A DNA stretch of 64,000 nucleotides from Eledone cirrhosa. Taxonomy: Eukaryota. Position numbers and translations under genes: made by a program. How positions within the stretch are numbered: the first letter of the stretch is position 1; each line of letters starts with the position of its first letter. Shown here piece after piece: positions 13,428 through 27,496 of the stretch. The notes under the pieces were generated by a model. It ran no database searches and was not told the DNA's origin. It saw nothing but the letters and a program-made list of their open reading frames with translations. The stretch lies in contig OZ024742.1 of assembly GCA_964016885.1 (NCBI GenBank), positions 94,550,001-94,614,000 of the forward strand. The letters run 5' to 3'.

Positions 13428-14826
13428 TGAACAAACAGTCAAAATAGGTTCAATGATTAAAGCCACATCATGTGACATGTTTACAGCTGACACAAAAGAA
13501 CAGATTAAAACTGATAAACATGGAGTTTCTCCCTCATAGGTTTTTTCCTCACTGCAATTGTTATTGTGACTGCAATGTTTTTGTTGTTGTTATGTCTCTA
13601 ATTATATCAATCACAATCATTGATGTTGTTATTGTTGTTATGTTTGTTTATATTAATCATTCCCACCATTGTTGTTATGTCTTTAGGTATATCGATAACC
13701 CAAACCACTGTTGTTATTGTTGTTGTTATTATTAACTGTTGTATTTTTTTTTACAGATGTTCCTTTGCAGTAAACTTAAAATAAGCTTTAACCAATTGTC
13801 ACCCCATCACCACTGCCACTGGCTATAATTTTCTCTATTTTGTTTTGTCTTTAAACAATCTTTTGTCTACAAAAATTACAGAGTAATACCATAAAAAGGA
13901 GCAAGTTTGCAACTAGAAAAGAAAATAATAAAAAGATTTTTGCTTCAGTTTTTTTAATGTTCATATATTTTAAATCTTTTACTCGTATTTGTTTATTTTT
14001 ATATGCTCAATTTTTTATCCTCCCCATCAACCCCCATCATCATTTACTTTTTATCTTTTTTATCATTCTTATTTTTCGCCTTCATGTTTCTTCGTGTTCA
14101 TCATCGTATTAGCATTGTTAACGCCATTATCCTCACTATCGTATTTATCACCGTCACAAAAATTGTTTTATTATTAATATTGTTTTTATTATCGTTGCTG
14201 TTACTCATGTTCTAAATATTGCCATTATTGTTGTTGCTGGTGGTGAAGCTGGAGATGGTTGGTACATGGTGATGTTGGTGTTGGTAATGGTGATGGGGTT
14301 AGTAGTTGGGTTTCTCATTTTTAATTTCCTTATTATAAGTATTATCATTAGCAGTTGTAGTAAGACTGCAATTTTTGTTGTTGTCATCATTGATAATATT
14401 TCTTTAAACTTTAGATAAAAATAACAATAAGTAAAAACAGCATAACATTTTATTGTTATTATCATTATTATTATTTTGTTTTGATCATTATATTAACATT
14501 GGCATGTTTTTGTTAGGCAGGAAGAGATGTGAAGAGGTTGTTAGTAGGGTAAAGAATTTAAATATATTCATGATAGTAAAATATCTACAATGAGAGTAGC
14601 AGTAAGAACCACATTCTCAATGGCTCTTACATATGCAATAAATATAAATTCTTCTGCAGTACTGACAAAGTAGATGAGATGTAAATTTCATCTGGGATAG
14701 GTCATTAATCTACTTTTATGGGACTTCTACAAATAAGCAAGGTATTAATTACAACCAGGGATGCAATTATGGCTGTGTGGTTAGGAAGTTCACTTTGCAA
14801 TCATGTGGTTCAAAATTTGAACCCAC

Positions 14827-16054
14827 TGCATAAAAGATGTAGTGGGATCACAGGTAAGCTAACTAAGAACATAGATTTTACATGTGGCCGGTGCTCTGGT
14901 GCAATAAGTAGCAGCAAGTGCCCACAAAATACTAGCTCCTTCAACTGCGCAGAGGGTTCTATAGAAATAGTGGACAGTTTCCGTTACCTGGGTGACAAAA
15001 TCAGCAGTGGGGGAGGGTGCTCTGAAAGTACAGTAGCTAGAGTCAGAACTGGATGGAAAAAGTTCAGAGAGCTTATACCACTATTAGCCGCTAGAGGGTT
15101 CTCCCTAAAAATGAAAGGCAGGTTATACGATGCCTGCATACGAACAGCAATGCTGCATGGCAGTGAGACCTGGAAATTGTGTGCAGAGGATATACGCAGA
15201 CTAGAGAGGAACGAAGCTTGCATGCTCCGCTGGATGTGCAATAGTAATATACGTGAACGGCAAAGCATAAACGAACTAAGGAAAAAATTAGAAATAAGAG
15301 GGATCAGATGTTGTTTACTCGAGAGAAGGCTACGTTGGTACGGTCACGTGATGCGCATGAAAGACGACAGCTGTATAACAAAGTGCAGGGCAATAAAGAT
15401 AGACGGTAGCCACGGAGTAGGCAGACCCAGAAAAACATGGGACGAGCTGATAAATTCCGACCTCACACGCTTACACCTCTCCAAGACAATGTCACTGGAC
15501 CGAGACCTTTGGCGGTACTCAGTAATAGAGAAGACCCGCCTTACCTAAATACAAAGTAAAAACCTACTACAGTCAGTAGGCATCTCTATCAAAACACCCC
15601 CCGTCCCACCACCTCCACCCCATCCACACCGCCCCTTTCAATGTACAGTTATGTTGGTCCCACAACATCCAGGCCGAAACAAATGAGATCGTGTAGGTGT
15701 CACGACAAAAAACACACAGTCCACGCTGTAAATGTGGCCGTGTAGGCAACACGGTAAAAACCTCCCAGCCCCACACTGTAAATGTGGTTGGTGTTAGGAA
15801 GGGCATCCAGCTGTAGAAAACCTGCCAGACAGTCCACGCTGTAATGTGGCCGTGTAGGCAACACGGTAAAAACCTCCCAGCCCCACACTGTAAATGTGGT
15901 TGGTGTTAGGAAGGGCATCCAACTGTAGAAAACCCGCCAGACAGTCCTATGCGAGCAAGACAACCACTCTTGCCTCAAGTGGGAAAACCCCCGTCCAAAC
16001 CCATGCAAGCGTGGAACACGGACGCTAAACCTGATGATGATGATGATGATGATG
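14827..16054 (+). mobile_element. 5'-truncated RTE LINE, open C-terminal ORF to 15548, 3' UTR and (ATG)n tail
   Basis: HKRCSGITG..FRYLGD..WKKFREL..WYGHVMRM..GRPRKTW; nearly identical to 3160..4380 in opposite orientation. Confidence 0.95.
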
Positions 16055-16166
16055 TGAATCATCCTAAGAAAGTGTCTTGTGTCATATCATCTGGCTGATT
16101 CTTGAATGGAATTTCATATACAGAATCTTTGCAAAGTCATGTCACATGTGTGTATATGTGAATATA

Positions 16167-16199
<33 letters not shown>

Positions 16200-16260
16200 A
16201 ACTACTACTACTACTGCTGCTGCTGCTGCTACTACTACTACTACTACTAGAGATATATAT

Positions 16261-16402
16261 AATTGTTTCAGATTTAGGTACAAGGCCAACAATTTGGGAT
16301 GAGGGTAAAGTCAATCAACTCAACCACAGTACTGGTACTTTATTTTATTGAACTTGTAAGCATGAAAGAAAAAGATAACCTTGGTGGGATTTGAACTCAG
16401 AT
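16261..16402 (-). mobile_element. Degenerate Nin/Deu-domain SINE
   Basis: aattgtttc..caaggcc..ggtactttatttt..gggatttgaactcag. Confidence 0.7.
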
Positions 16403-16444
16403 TGTATGCTGCCATTCAACCACCCTGAAAAATAGATACAATAG

Positions 16445-17430
16445 AAATTAACAAAGGCATACCTGTTGGTATAATCCTCCATATAAATTGGAAGTTGTTA
16501 TTCCATATTTAATAAAATTAACAAGGAACATTTTATATTATTGAAACAAAGCTTTTTATATTGGATTTATTGCTACCAACTTTAAAACTAATTGCTTATC
16601 TCATACCTCCTCTTTTAGAAAATCTGAAACATGATTTCAATAGAGGAATATATATAGAAGGATAATACACCTTTTAAAATTCTATGAATATAATATACAG
16701 CTGAACTATACAAAAGATGTTTTAATGTGTAACATGTGTATAGATGAAGCATTTGAAATAAGTACTCCTTACAAAACAATGTTTAGTCGAAGCAGATAAC
16801 CTCATGTAGCTATAAGACTTTAGAGATTTTCATACAATAACATGTCAAGATTAACACGATATATAAACTATTTCCTTCTAGACACAAGTTTCAATTGTTT
16901 ATATGTGATTTATATGTTCTTTATACAATTTAAAGGTTCTATGACCTTGGATTAGGTGTTATGTCCTTCTAACTCATACTACTTAGCTTTGTGTACTATA
17001 TTCTACCTTTTATATTTTACATTCAATTTATTTTGTTTATTTATTTGTTATTGTTTTTCGTTATGTCCAGCATTGAAGTAGTTACTCATATGCCGTGAGG
17101 CCCTTGATTTAACTTTATAACATTTCTTTTGAACACTATTTATTGATATATTTCCTCTGATTATGAAATTGGCTGTGTAAGTATCCATACCTTTTATAGG
17201 CACTTTTTGTTTATTTCAAGATCATTACTATCTTCTGTGTTTTCTCACCTCTGTACATAGTGATATCTAAGTTAATAATTTTTCTTTCGAACTAATTTTA
17301 TTGAACGATATTTAGTTTGTTTTCTAAATAATATATTTTGCTTCATGATTTACCACTTTTATAGACTACATTTGTTTACAACTTTATTTCTTTTGGATAT
17401 TATATATAAAAATAGATTTCAAACTTAATT
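16445..17430 (+). mobile_element. Degenerate Penelope-like element 3' part (linker, GIY-YIG, 3' UTR with hammerhead relic ~17157-17225)
   Basis: Manual translation TCWYNPPY; FYIGFIATNFKTNCLSHTSSFRK; CNMCIDEAFEI; UTR has CTGATTA-TGAAAT..ATTTCA. Confidence 0.7.
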
Positions 17431-17627
17431 TAATAAGTGTTTTGTTTCTTTATCCCTTTCATATTTGGCTCTGTTCCTATCAGTCTAGATTTATGTACCT
17501 TTACATGCTGCTCATGAATCACACACATATTTTTGTAGTTGATATATATTATGTGGTTGCTTCTTAGATATATGATTGATATGATAAATGTTCTACAGAT
17601 ATAAGCATAAATATGCATTTATGTAGC

Positions 17628-17680
17628 TCTCTCTATATATATATTTCATGAATAATTTCTTTCAATCTTCAGCAGAAAAA
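17628..17680 (-). ncRNA. Minimal type I hammerhead ribozyme
   Basis: tttttctg CTGAAGA t-TGAA..TTCA-t GAAA T-ATAT-A TA tagagaga; 8 bp stem I with G-U pairs. Confidence 0.7.
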
Positions 17681-18208
17681 TATCAATTAGTAATGTAAAT
17701 GAAACTTGAAGAATGAATAGAATTACGTATGAAACTTAAGGTACAGGAATAATTCTGTGAGATGTTAACATACTCAATAGATATTGCTATTAATTATGTG
17801 AATCTCCATTCATATATATATAAGTAAAAAATTAACGTATAGGAAAATTGAATGACAATGAAAACTTGAACAAAATGGATACATTGATATTTCCTGCTTG
17901 TCAACGGTCTAAATGAGTCCCATTGTACTTTCTGGTGCCAGGATACTACTACTCTACCCAGCACCCCAATTGCGCCCAAAGAAAGAGATTGATTCAGGAT
18001 AAAAATACAATGGATATGAGACAAGACAACAATTGTACAGGGCAGGATCTTTCGACGCATTGAACATGAAACAAGATAAAAAATGCACACACCAAAGAGC
18101 TAATAAAATAAAATGCAGGAAAAACATGATAAACAAATACATAGATAGACAATCATTTAGGAAAGAGTAAATTTGTTATGAATTAATTCAAGAGATTCCC
18201 TTGCACTA

Positions 18209-18388
18209 ATAATTGTTTCTACTGTAGGCACAAGGCCAGCAATTACACAGTGCATTACTGGTACTTTATTTTATCGACCCCGTAAGGATGAAAGGCAAAG
18301 TCAACCTCGGCGGGATTTGAACTCAGATCGTAAAGAGACGTAACTATGCTGGAAAGCATGGCGTCCGACCCTCTACCGATACTGCCAT
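18209..18388 (-). mobile_element. Nin/Deu-domain tRNA SINE
   Basis: Near-identical to 13246..13427. Confidence 0.85.
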
Positions 18389-20366
18389 AATGGTTTCTTA
18401 TATTTTTCTTTGGTTTCTTAGATGCCCCATGCACTAATAATAAAACACAAAGCAAAGTGAACTGACTACTTTCACAGTAGGGTTATGTTATGTCGTTATG
18501 GATAAACAAATACACTGCAACAGTGTAATAACAATATAATCGAAACAAATAGCAATAACCACACATAACAGAACAACAATATTTTAAGAACCAACAATCC
18601 AACACATGAACTGTGAACTCTGGCTATGACTACCAACACACGAACTGTGGAACTAGTACCAACTTGCCCAATTACTCAGGCTGCTACTATTTACATGTAG
18701 TGGTCCAGACCATTCTTGCTTGAGGCTTGTGTCACACAACAGGTTGCCAATTGGTGTAATTAGTAGCATTATGGGAATGTTAAAAGAAAGGTAGAGAGAG
18801 AAGGATACAAAGAGAGTGTATATATGAGTAATAGAGAAAAAGAAAAGCACAGCATTGGAAAACAACTATTTATGATTTTATATATTTATATATATGTATA
18901 TATAAATATATGCATGTGTGTATAAGTTTCATTTGTGTAGCGTGTTATGTGTTTGGTTAACTTTTTAATATAATTTAGAGAGCTATATATGAAATATTTA
19001 TTAATAGATACCCATTTATATTTTAATGCCATTATTTAATTTCGATATGTATGATTCATTTTCATCTATATATTTTTTTACATATTACATTGTTTTTAGT
19101 CAGAGCATATTTTATAAATTCAACACTTTTGTCCAGTAGATATTTCATTTGATGTACCTTATATAGACAAATATTGAATATATTTTAATTTAAATTCTTT
19201 CTATTAATTTAATTTCTTTATGAAATTAACTTAGTTATTGTGTAGATTATGTATCTAATATTAAATACAAAACAGTTATTACAGAAAATATCTAAAAATT
19301 GTTCTGTTGCTACAAATGTTTATACTTTCTTTACTAAAGGACAGACAGATAGATAGATAGTCTGTTGTGAACATTTGCAGTAAACTAAAGTAAAGATTTT
19401 AATTTTTAAGATTTTGTTTTTTTATTTTTCAAAAATGTCTTGCTAATGTGGCTTAATGTGGTTCAGTATGTTAAGTGTTAAACAATAGGATGCAATATTT
19501 TGAATGGTTAAGAAGTTTGATACCAATGCATGGCATCGTAGGCAAGTGCCTATTACCATAGCCTTGTACAAAGTCTTACAGTGCAAGTGAGGAGATGGAA
19601 GCTGCTTTCAATCCGATCAAATAGACTGCACCTCTAATAAAAAAAAAAGCATGTGAAAAGAAAACTGTGTCATGCTGAATTTCAAAATGTATTACATTAA
19701 GAACACAATGTGTCTGTGAAATACTTACACATTAATTTAAAAAGAAAGCCATATCATTGATAAAACAAATCAAACACCAGCATCAAAAATGTTGGAGGAT
19801 CATATACTTATTGAATTGTGTGTAGTTATGAATTTATCCTTGTTCTTTAAGTTTTGATACTATATTTTTTTAAATAAACATGACAACACTTTTTCTCTTT
19901 GCATAAACTATTTTCACTCTATTTCTTGCTTTGTTTCCCCATTAACTTCAGCATTTTCTACGATGTTTTGACAATATCTGTCACACAATTCATACTTTTG
20001 CCTGAATTCATATTAATGTTTTTATTTTTTTCAAAATATGGACTGTTACTGTCATTATTTTCCATGGAAAAATTTTTCGTAAAAGTTTCCCTCCTCTTGA
20101 GGGATATCCATCCTAATGATATTCATTTATTCATTTGATATTTCTGTCTTTATTTTGACATAGGTATAATTATGTGGATTTCCAATTTTTTGTTTTCTAC
20201 ACAACCTCAAATGAGATACAATATGTATTGAAACAGCTAATTTTCAGTAAGGCCATTCTTATTTAATAAAAGTGTATACACACTCTACTGCCCTGAGTTC
20301 ATTTCATGATTTGTAGACTTCTTAAATTCATTTGTGAATTACACATACACCCACACATGCACACAA

Positions 20367-21185
20367 ATAATGTAATGAAATTATTGTGTACAGTGCTCAG
20401 GTGCACTACAACTCATCACAGATGCATGTATAATACATAGAATAATGTATAAATGTCAGGAAAGAGAACAGTGTATGAGTCATGATATATTATACATGTG
20501 TGCGTGTGTATGGAGGGGGATATCAGGTGTAGTGTTGGTGAATTTCAAGAAGCATGAAGGTTTTAAAGGATACAGTGTCTCGGCAGCTAACAACTGATGC
20601 AGGTAGTTTGTTCCGTGCTTCCAGCAATTCTGAGCGTGAAAATTTGTTTCCGAAAGACATGGGAGCTGTGCTGACTTTGTAGGCATCCTCACATGTGTTA
20701 GACACATGGAATTCAAAAAGTTGCTCAGGGTTATTGTTAGCAAGATGGTTAATAATTTTGTGGGTGTTTACCAAGTCAGTTGCCAGACGTCGGAGCTTCA
20801 ATGTATCCATGCCCAGGGAAGGAAGGCGTTCAGAGTATGGTAGATACCTGATGGATGGTATTTGCTTGGTTGCACGTCTCTAAACAGTTTCCAGGAGGTC
20901 AATGTTCTGAGCAAGTTAGGGTATACACACCGGTGATGCAAATTCTAAGTGTGGCCGCACCATAGCTATAAACAGCTTTAATAGATAGCTGGAGAGCGGC
21001 TGACAAAGTTCTTGCTGAGGGATGCCTGGACACACTCAGCCTTCTTGACAATTTTAGAGATGTGCTTTGTCTAACACAAATCGCTGTTGAGAGTAATGCT
21101 CGGGTGATGTTCACAAGAAGACATCTTGATATTAGTGTTGAGGATGCTGGGTTTTTCCTCCCAAAATGCATGGTCCACAGCCAGC
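20367..21185 (-). mobile_element. CR1-clade LINE 3' fragment
   Basis: WQLRLA..MHFGRKNP; MDTLKLRRLATDLVNTHKII; NKLPASVVSCRDTVSFK; frameshifted. Confidence 0.85.
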
Positions 21186-21757
21186 CTGAGTTGCCAGTCT
21201 GTGGTCCATTTCTGAGTAGCCAGTCTGTGATCCACTGCTGATTTGCCAGTCCGAGATCCATTGCTGAGTTGCCAGTCTGAGATCCATTGCTGAGTAGCCA
21301 GACCGAGATCCACTTCTGAGTTGCGAGTCTACGATCCATTGCTGAGTTCCCAGTCCAAGATCCACTGCTGAGTTGCCAGTCTACGATTTATTGCTGAGTT
21401 TCCAGTCCGAGATCCACTGCTGAGTTGCCAGTCCAAGATCCACTGCTGAGTTGCCAATCTACGATCCATTTCTGAGTTGCCAGTCCGAGATCCATTGCTG
21501 AGTTGCCAGTCCAAGATCCATTGCTGAGTTGCCAGTCCAAGATCCACTGCTGAGTTGCCAGTCTACGTTCCATTTCTGAGTTGCCAGTCCGAGATCCATT
21601 GCTGAGTTGCCAGTCCGAGATCCACTGCTGAGTTGCCAGTCCGAGAGCCATTGGTGAGTTGCCAGTCCGAAATCCACTGCTGAGTTGCCAGTCTACGATC
21701 AATTGCTGAGTTGCCAGTCCGAGATCCATTGCTGAGTTGCCAGTCCGTGATCCATTG

Positions 21758-21760
<3 letters not shown>
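21186..21760. repeat. 26 bp minisatellite, about 22 copies (consensus TCCATTGCTGAGTTGCCAGTCCGAGA)
   Basis: Direct tandem units with no unique spacers; abuts the CR1 fragment and a (TA)n tract. Confidence 0.95.
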
Positions 21761-21847
<87 letters not shown>

Positions 21848-21989
21848 GCTTTGCAGGTTGTTGCAGGTGACTAGAAGTCTCATCTGATCAATGCTAGTAT
21901 GTAAAGTGCATATGAAAAGGATGAGGATGATGATGATTGAAGAAGCTCATACATATGGCCATTTCTTATTAACTACTTTCCTTTCAATG

Positions 21990-22330
21990 AAATGAGTAAA
22001 TATCCTAGAAAGAAATGAAGTTATTATGCTCCAGTGGATATGTACTGTTGATGTGCATAAATGAACTAGCATAAGCAAGCTGAGAGAAAAATAATTGGAT
22101 GTTGAATGCAAGACAGAAGACTGTTTGGTGTGGACATGTAACACATAGAGAAGATGACAACTGCATAAAGAGATGCAAAGATATAAATGTTTGGGACTTG
22201 TGTAAGAGGTAGTTCTAAGAGGGTGTGTAATATAGTAACAAAGATTGACCTTAGGAAGTTGAATCCCACAACAGAAGTGACAAAGGACCATGAGCATAGG
22301 TGGCATGCAGTACTTGCTTACCAGCCTAAA
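21990..22330 (+). mobile_element. Old RTE 3' fragment
   Basis: LERNEVIMLQWIC; RRLFWCGHV; TKDHEHRWHAVL. Confidence 0.65.
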
Positions 22331-22487
22331 ACTATAACCCGATGCATTCATGCTCTCTACCATTGCTCCTTTTACCCTATTCCCTACATCATTTTGCATC
22401 TAATCTTTACTCTCACTATATTAAGTACCATCCCACTCCTTTTGAAATCCAAACACATTAGTCATAATTCCTTAGTAGCTATTCTCA

Positions 22488-22636
22488 TGACCAAATGAGG
22501 TTTATTTTTCAGCATAGTCCCTGGAAAAAACAATGCAATTATTAATAAGAAGAGTTGAAATATATGCATGCAAGATTTCACAGCCCAAGCATCCCTCCTT
22601 CTTAGTCAGCCTATGAACTTTTCATCTGACACTCTA
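22488..22636. mobile_element. Partial mariner-type MITE
   Basis: Homologous to 25336..25511; keeps right TIR gtcagcctatgaacttttcatctgacactc. Confidence 0.65.
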
Positions 22637-23210
22637 ATATATATGATAGATTTTGGCACAGTTTCCATCTACCAAAGTTTACTCACAAAGCACTGGTCAA
22701 CACGATGCTATAGCAAACAATTATCGAAGTTGCCATATAGAGGAGTTGAACATGAAGCCAATTGTTTGCAAAGCAAACTCCTTAACTTAACAGCATTAAT
22801 TATATTAAACTTTTGGAAAATTGTCACAGAGGATTATTGATTCATCAAAATGGGTCGCAATGGTAAAAGGTTTAGAATCACTACCTTAGATCTGTAATAA
22901 TACATTTTCATATAGCAACAAAGCATGGTAATAGTTGATAGAGATTTAAAGTATAATGGAAATGTGAAGTAAATGAAAGAAGTAATCTAGATTCTTATCT
23001 TGCAACTATTGAAGAATTTATATACTTCAATATACAGAGTCTACTGCCAATTTAGATAGGAATATAATCTTTGAAATAATACAAATATAGAGACAGAAGT
23101 GGAGGTTATGGATTAGAAAATGGATAATTAGGGATAAAAGGAAAATTTACAATTTTATGTCCAGTTGGAAATTGATAATCAGTTTTAATTTATACTAAAG
23201 AATCAATGTC

Positions 23211-23344
<134 letters not shown>

Positions 23345-24074
23345 TGAAATTGCACATGGGAAAAGGAAAAAAAGACAATGGGCAAATGAACAAAAGCATC
23401 AACCTCCTTCGTCATTCATCTCTTGGAATAGATCATTACGATTTCAAGATTATATTAGAGAGAGAGATGGGAAAGGCAGAGGGGAGAGAGAGATATGGAG
23501 GAGACAGAAGGGGAAGATATGAGAAAAATTCTAATAAAATAAAATAATATGAATATTAAATATCCAAATAGACCTGGTGTAAAAGATCTGAGAGAGAAAT
23601 ATTTTATCTGTTTTACATAGAACAGTTCATATTCCGGGGCATTTTAATCAACTGAATATTATTTAACTCATTTCTTACCATATTTATAGTAAAAGACACT
23701 GCATATGATTTCCAATTAATTTTTAAAATAACTAAGAATTTGGGGGTATTTAGTAATATAAATAATTTTCTGACTTAATAAGCAAATTTTGGAACATAAA
23801 TTAACAGAAGTTCATACATAAAAGTATGATAGAAGCTTGTTAAATTAATATACAATGCCATGGGGCATTAAATCATAGGATCACTGTATAGGGTGTATAA
23901 ATCAATAGGTAATCAAATGAAGCTTTATTAAAAACATCAGAACACTTCGATATAGGTTCCATTGGTTTACACAACAAATACATGAATATATGAGCAACAG
24001 AACCTCTCCACATCAATGATGGCAGTTATAAAGATAACTCATGGATAGGTTGCATATTAATTCTTTATCTAATT

Positions 24075-24260
24075 TAATTGTTTCTACTTTAGGCACAAGG
24101 TCAGCAATTACCCAGTGGATTACTGGTACTTTATTTTATCGACCCAGTAAGAATGAAAGACAAAGTCAACCTCGGCGGGATTTGAACTCAGATCGTAAAG
24201 GGACGTAACTATGCTGGAAAGGATGGCGTCCGACTCTCCACCGATACTGCCAATCCACCG
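24075..24260 (-). mobile_element. Nin/Deu-domain tRNA SINE
   Basis: Same family as the 13 kb and 18 kb copies. Confidence 0.85.
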
Positions 24261-24899
24261 CAATATTCAGAAACATTTGGGCATTAGAATTTATGCTCTA
24301 GGATCTTACACACATAGATTATTTCAATTTTTTACTATATGGATTACACTTTGGATGAATTATATTTGCTGAACATAGAAACATATTAAGCTTTAACATT
24401 TCCTAACACATTTCAACAGAGTTGATCTCTCAGTTTATTCAGTGGAACCTTGGTTTACAAAAGCAGGTCATCATGAACAAATCGCTTCTTGAACAATTTG
24501 TTCAAGCATACAACATCTCAGGTTACAAACGGTATCTCAAGTATCGAACATGCAACCAGGAATCAATGATTGCCAACAAGCTGTCTTTCACACACAGTCT
24601 CTCTCACAATGTCCTCTTAAAATTTGGTATGGGAAAAATAGTTTTGGTTTACAAACATTCCAGGTGAAGAAGAGCCTTCAAGAATGAATTAAGTTCATAA
24701 ACCAAGGTTTCACTGTATATATATATATAAATGTAAATGTGGTTGGCATTAGGAAGGGAATCCAGCCATGGGAACCAAGCCAGAAGCAGTTCTTTATGAG
24801 CAAGAGACATTCATCTGATCTGACTTGTCTCGCAATGGGACAACTCATTTAACACATGCAAGTGTGAAACATGGACATTAAATGGTGATGATCATGATC

Positions 24900-24942
<43 letters not shown>

Positions 24943-24943
24943 A

Positions 24944-24999
<56 letters not shown>

Positions 25000-25335
25000 T
25001 ACAAAAATGAAAGGAATAAGTAAGATCAGAGCAAAAGATTAGTATTTCAATTTGTCTTTCCATTGCAGATGCTCTCTTCTGGATGCAAGGCCTGGCAGAT
25101 GGAGGCAGAGAGTTGGGCTGGAGGCACAGAGTTGGAACAGATACTGCAATGCATACTGTCTTAGTCTTAAACAATTCTGGAAATCCACCATCCTGGAACT
25201 AATACTTAATCATTCCTCAAATTTGACCATTATGGCATTTGATTGCAGTGCACCTGGTCAGAAACTGAGACATTTCATCTAAAACTCTAACAACTGACAA
25301 TTTGTCACCTAAATGTATGTGTAGGGGTGTATATA

Positions 25336-25510
25336 CAAGGGTTGGCTGAAAAGTTCATAGGATGACCAAATGAAGTTTATTTTTCAACATAGTGCCTGGA
25401 AAGAAACAATGCAGTTATCAATAAGAAGGATTGAAATTAATGCATGCAAAATTTCACATCTTTAGCATCTGTCCTCCATAGTCAGCTTATGAAATGTTCA
25501 TCCAACACTC

Positions 25511-25511
<1 letters not shown>
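25336..25511. mobile_element. Tc1/mariner-type MITE with ~30 bp imperfect TIRs and TA flanks
   Basis: ta|caagggttggctgaaaagttcataggatgac ... gtcagcttatgaaatgttcatccaacactca|ta. Confidence 0.75.
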
Positions 25512-25542
<31 letters not shown>

Positions 25543-26229
25543 CAAGGGTGTACATTAATGTAAGTATTGCTCAATAAGTAGCTAATTTGATATATAGACA
25601 ATATGGTGCTTACACAACATTTTGTGGTGAGTAATGAATCATTCTTGACATATGACTTCTAAAGATTTGAATCAATGATTTTAACAGTGTTGTGTACATC
25701 TAACTGTTATATTCTTCAATAATATGTCGGCTGCAGCCTGGCTTCATGCTGTTGCATTAAAAGTGCATGATCAATGTAATATCAATGTTGATAATGAAAA
25801 TAGTACTGATAATGATTGTGCTGGTTATAATGATAATAATAGTAATAATAATAATGATAATAATAATAAAAAAATATTGTAATTGAACTCCTGACATGAA
25901 TTGAAAGACTTTTTACTTTGAATCTTTGATCTCACAGTTCTGCATCAGAACTGTTAATACTTTTACTGTAATCACTTACACCAATTGTGCAGCCTTGCAG
26001 TCTTCACTATTTGGTACCAGAAGCACTTATACCATCAGTAATAAACTTTAATACCCACACCCTCTTCCTTGATTCTAGTCCACCTAAACATCATTGGCAT
26101 TATCCCGCTAATGCCAGTAAGCCACTCACCCCTTACCCTATCCAGCAGTATTAACCCCTCACACAAATGAAACTACACAATGCCTACCTATGAAAACCAA
26201 TATGATCATGATGAAAAAATAAATTATGA

Positions 26230-26790
26230 CAATATTACTAACATTACTATGACAACTGCACCACAACATCAGGAATAACTGCTAGCCATCTCTATTCCTA
26301 CCAACACCATCACAAATTCTACAATCACTAGCATCAGCACCATCACAATCACAAATATCACAATTACTAGTGTCATCATCACCATCATTACAAACTCTCT
26401 ACTCTCACCACCACCAAATTCTACATCACAACAACTACTACCACTACTACAAACGCCAAAATCATCACAACCACTAAAAACACCAAAACTATCACAACCA
26501 CTACCACTACTACAAACACAACAACCATAACAACCACTACCACCACTACAAACACCACAACCATCACAACCACTACCACCACTACAAACACCACAACTAT
26601 CACAACCACTATTACCATTACTACAAGCATCACAACCATCACAACCAATACTACCATTGTTACAAGCATCTCTACTCTCACCATCAACACCCTAGTATAA
26701 GAGCAGTACATTCATTGCCACCATCTCCATCACACACACTACTATCTCTACAAACACCACCACCATACCCACTATACTACAAAAACACAA
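26230..26790. repeat. Degenerate ACC/ACT/ATC trinucleotide low-complexity tract
   Basis: Produces a spurious poly-Val ORF at 26421..26711. Confidence 0.85.
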
Positions 26791-27318
26791 ACATATATTG
26801 ATTTAAGGAATTAATGGTAAAGTTCTTCAGTGACTGACAAGTTTCAGCCTAGCTGAGATAATTTAATGTGTGTGTGTGTGTGCGTGCATGTGTGTGTGTG
26901 TGTTTATGTGCATAGATGTAGAGGTGCTGAGAAATATCAATGGATAGAACATGTGTAAGATGATATGGGATGAAATAGTGAAAACCAAACTTGGGACAAT
27001 GAATCTCATGATATATTACAAAGGACCATAAGGGTGATATATCACACTCTAGAAGACTCCCCTACCAGCATTAGAATGTAAGGTGACCTACACATACCTC
27101 CTCCTTTACCATTGTTATTTAGTAACCAATATAGGATCCCCCTCTTTTAAATCCTAGCAAGCCACTTACTGCTCTTCCAATCATAACACCACCCACCTAT
27201 TGAACATTTGCTGTGAATTTCCTTCCGATCCCCCTGTTAAACTCTACCACACTTGTTATACATCCATGACAGCCCTTTAGTCCATGTGGGCATGGAAAAT
27301 ATATGTTAAATGAGATAA

Positions 27319-27496
27319 TAATTGTTTCTACTTTTGGCACAAGGCCAACAATTACTCAGTACATTACTGGTACTTTATTTTATCGACCCCGCAAGGATGA
27401 AAGGCAAAGTTAACCTCAGCGGGATTTGAACTCAGACTGTAAAGGGACGTAACTATGCTAGAAAGCATGGCGTCCAACCCTCTACCGATACTGCCA
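27319..27496 (-). mobile_element. Nin/Deu-domain tRNA SINE
   Basis: Near-identical to 13051..13232. Confidence 0.85.

Noticed and set aside
14718-14826. ATG-started N-terminus of the 276 aa ORF
   Set aside because: Chance read-through from flank and a SINE head into a truncated RTE
21186-21760. CRISPR-like look of the 26 bp repeat
   Set aside because: Units are contiguous with no unique spacers, no cas genes, eukaryotic context
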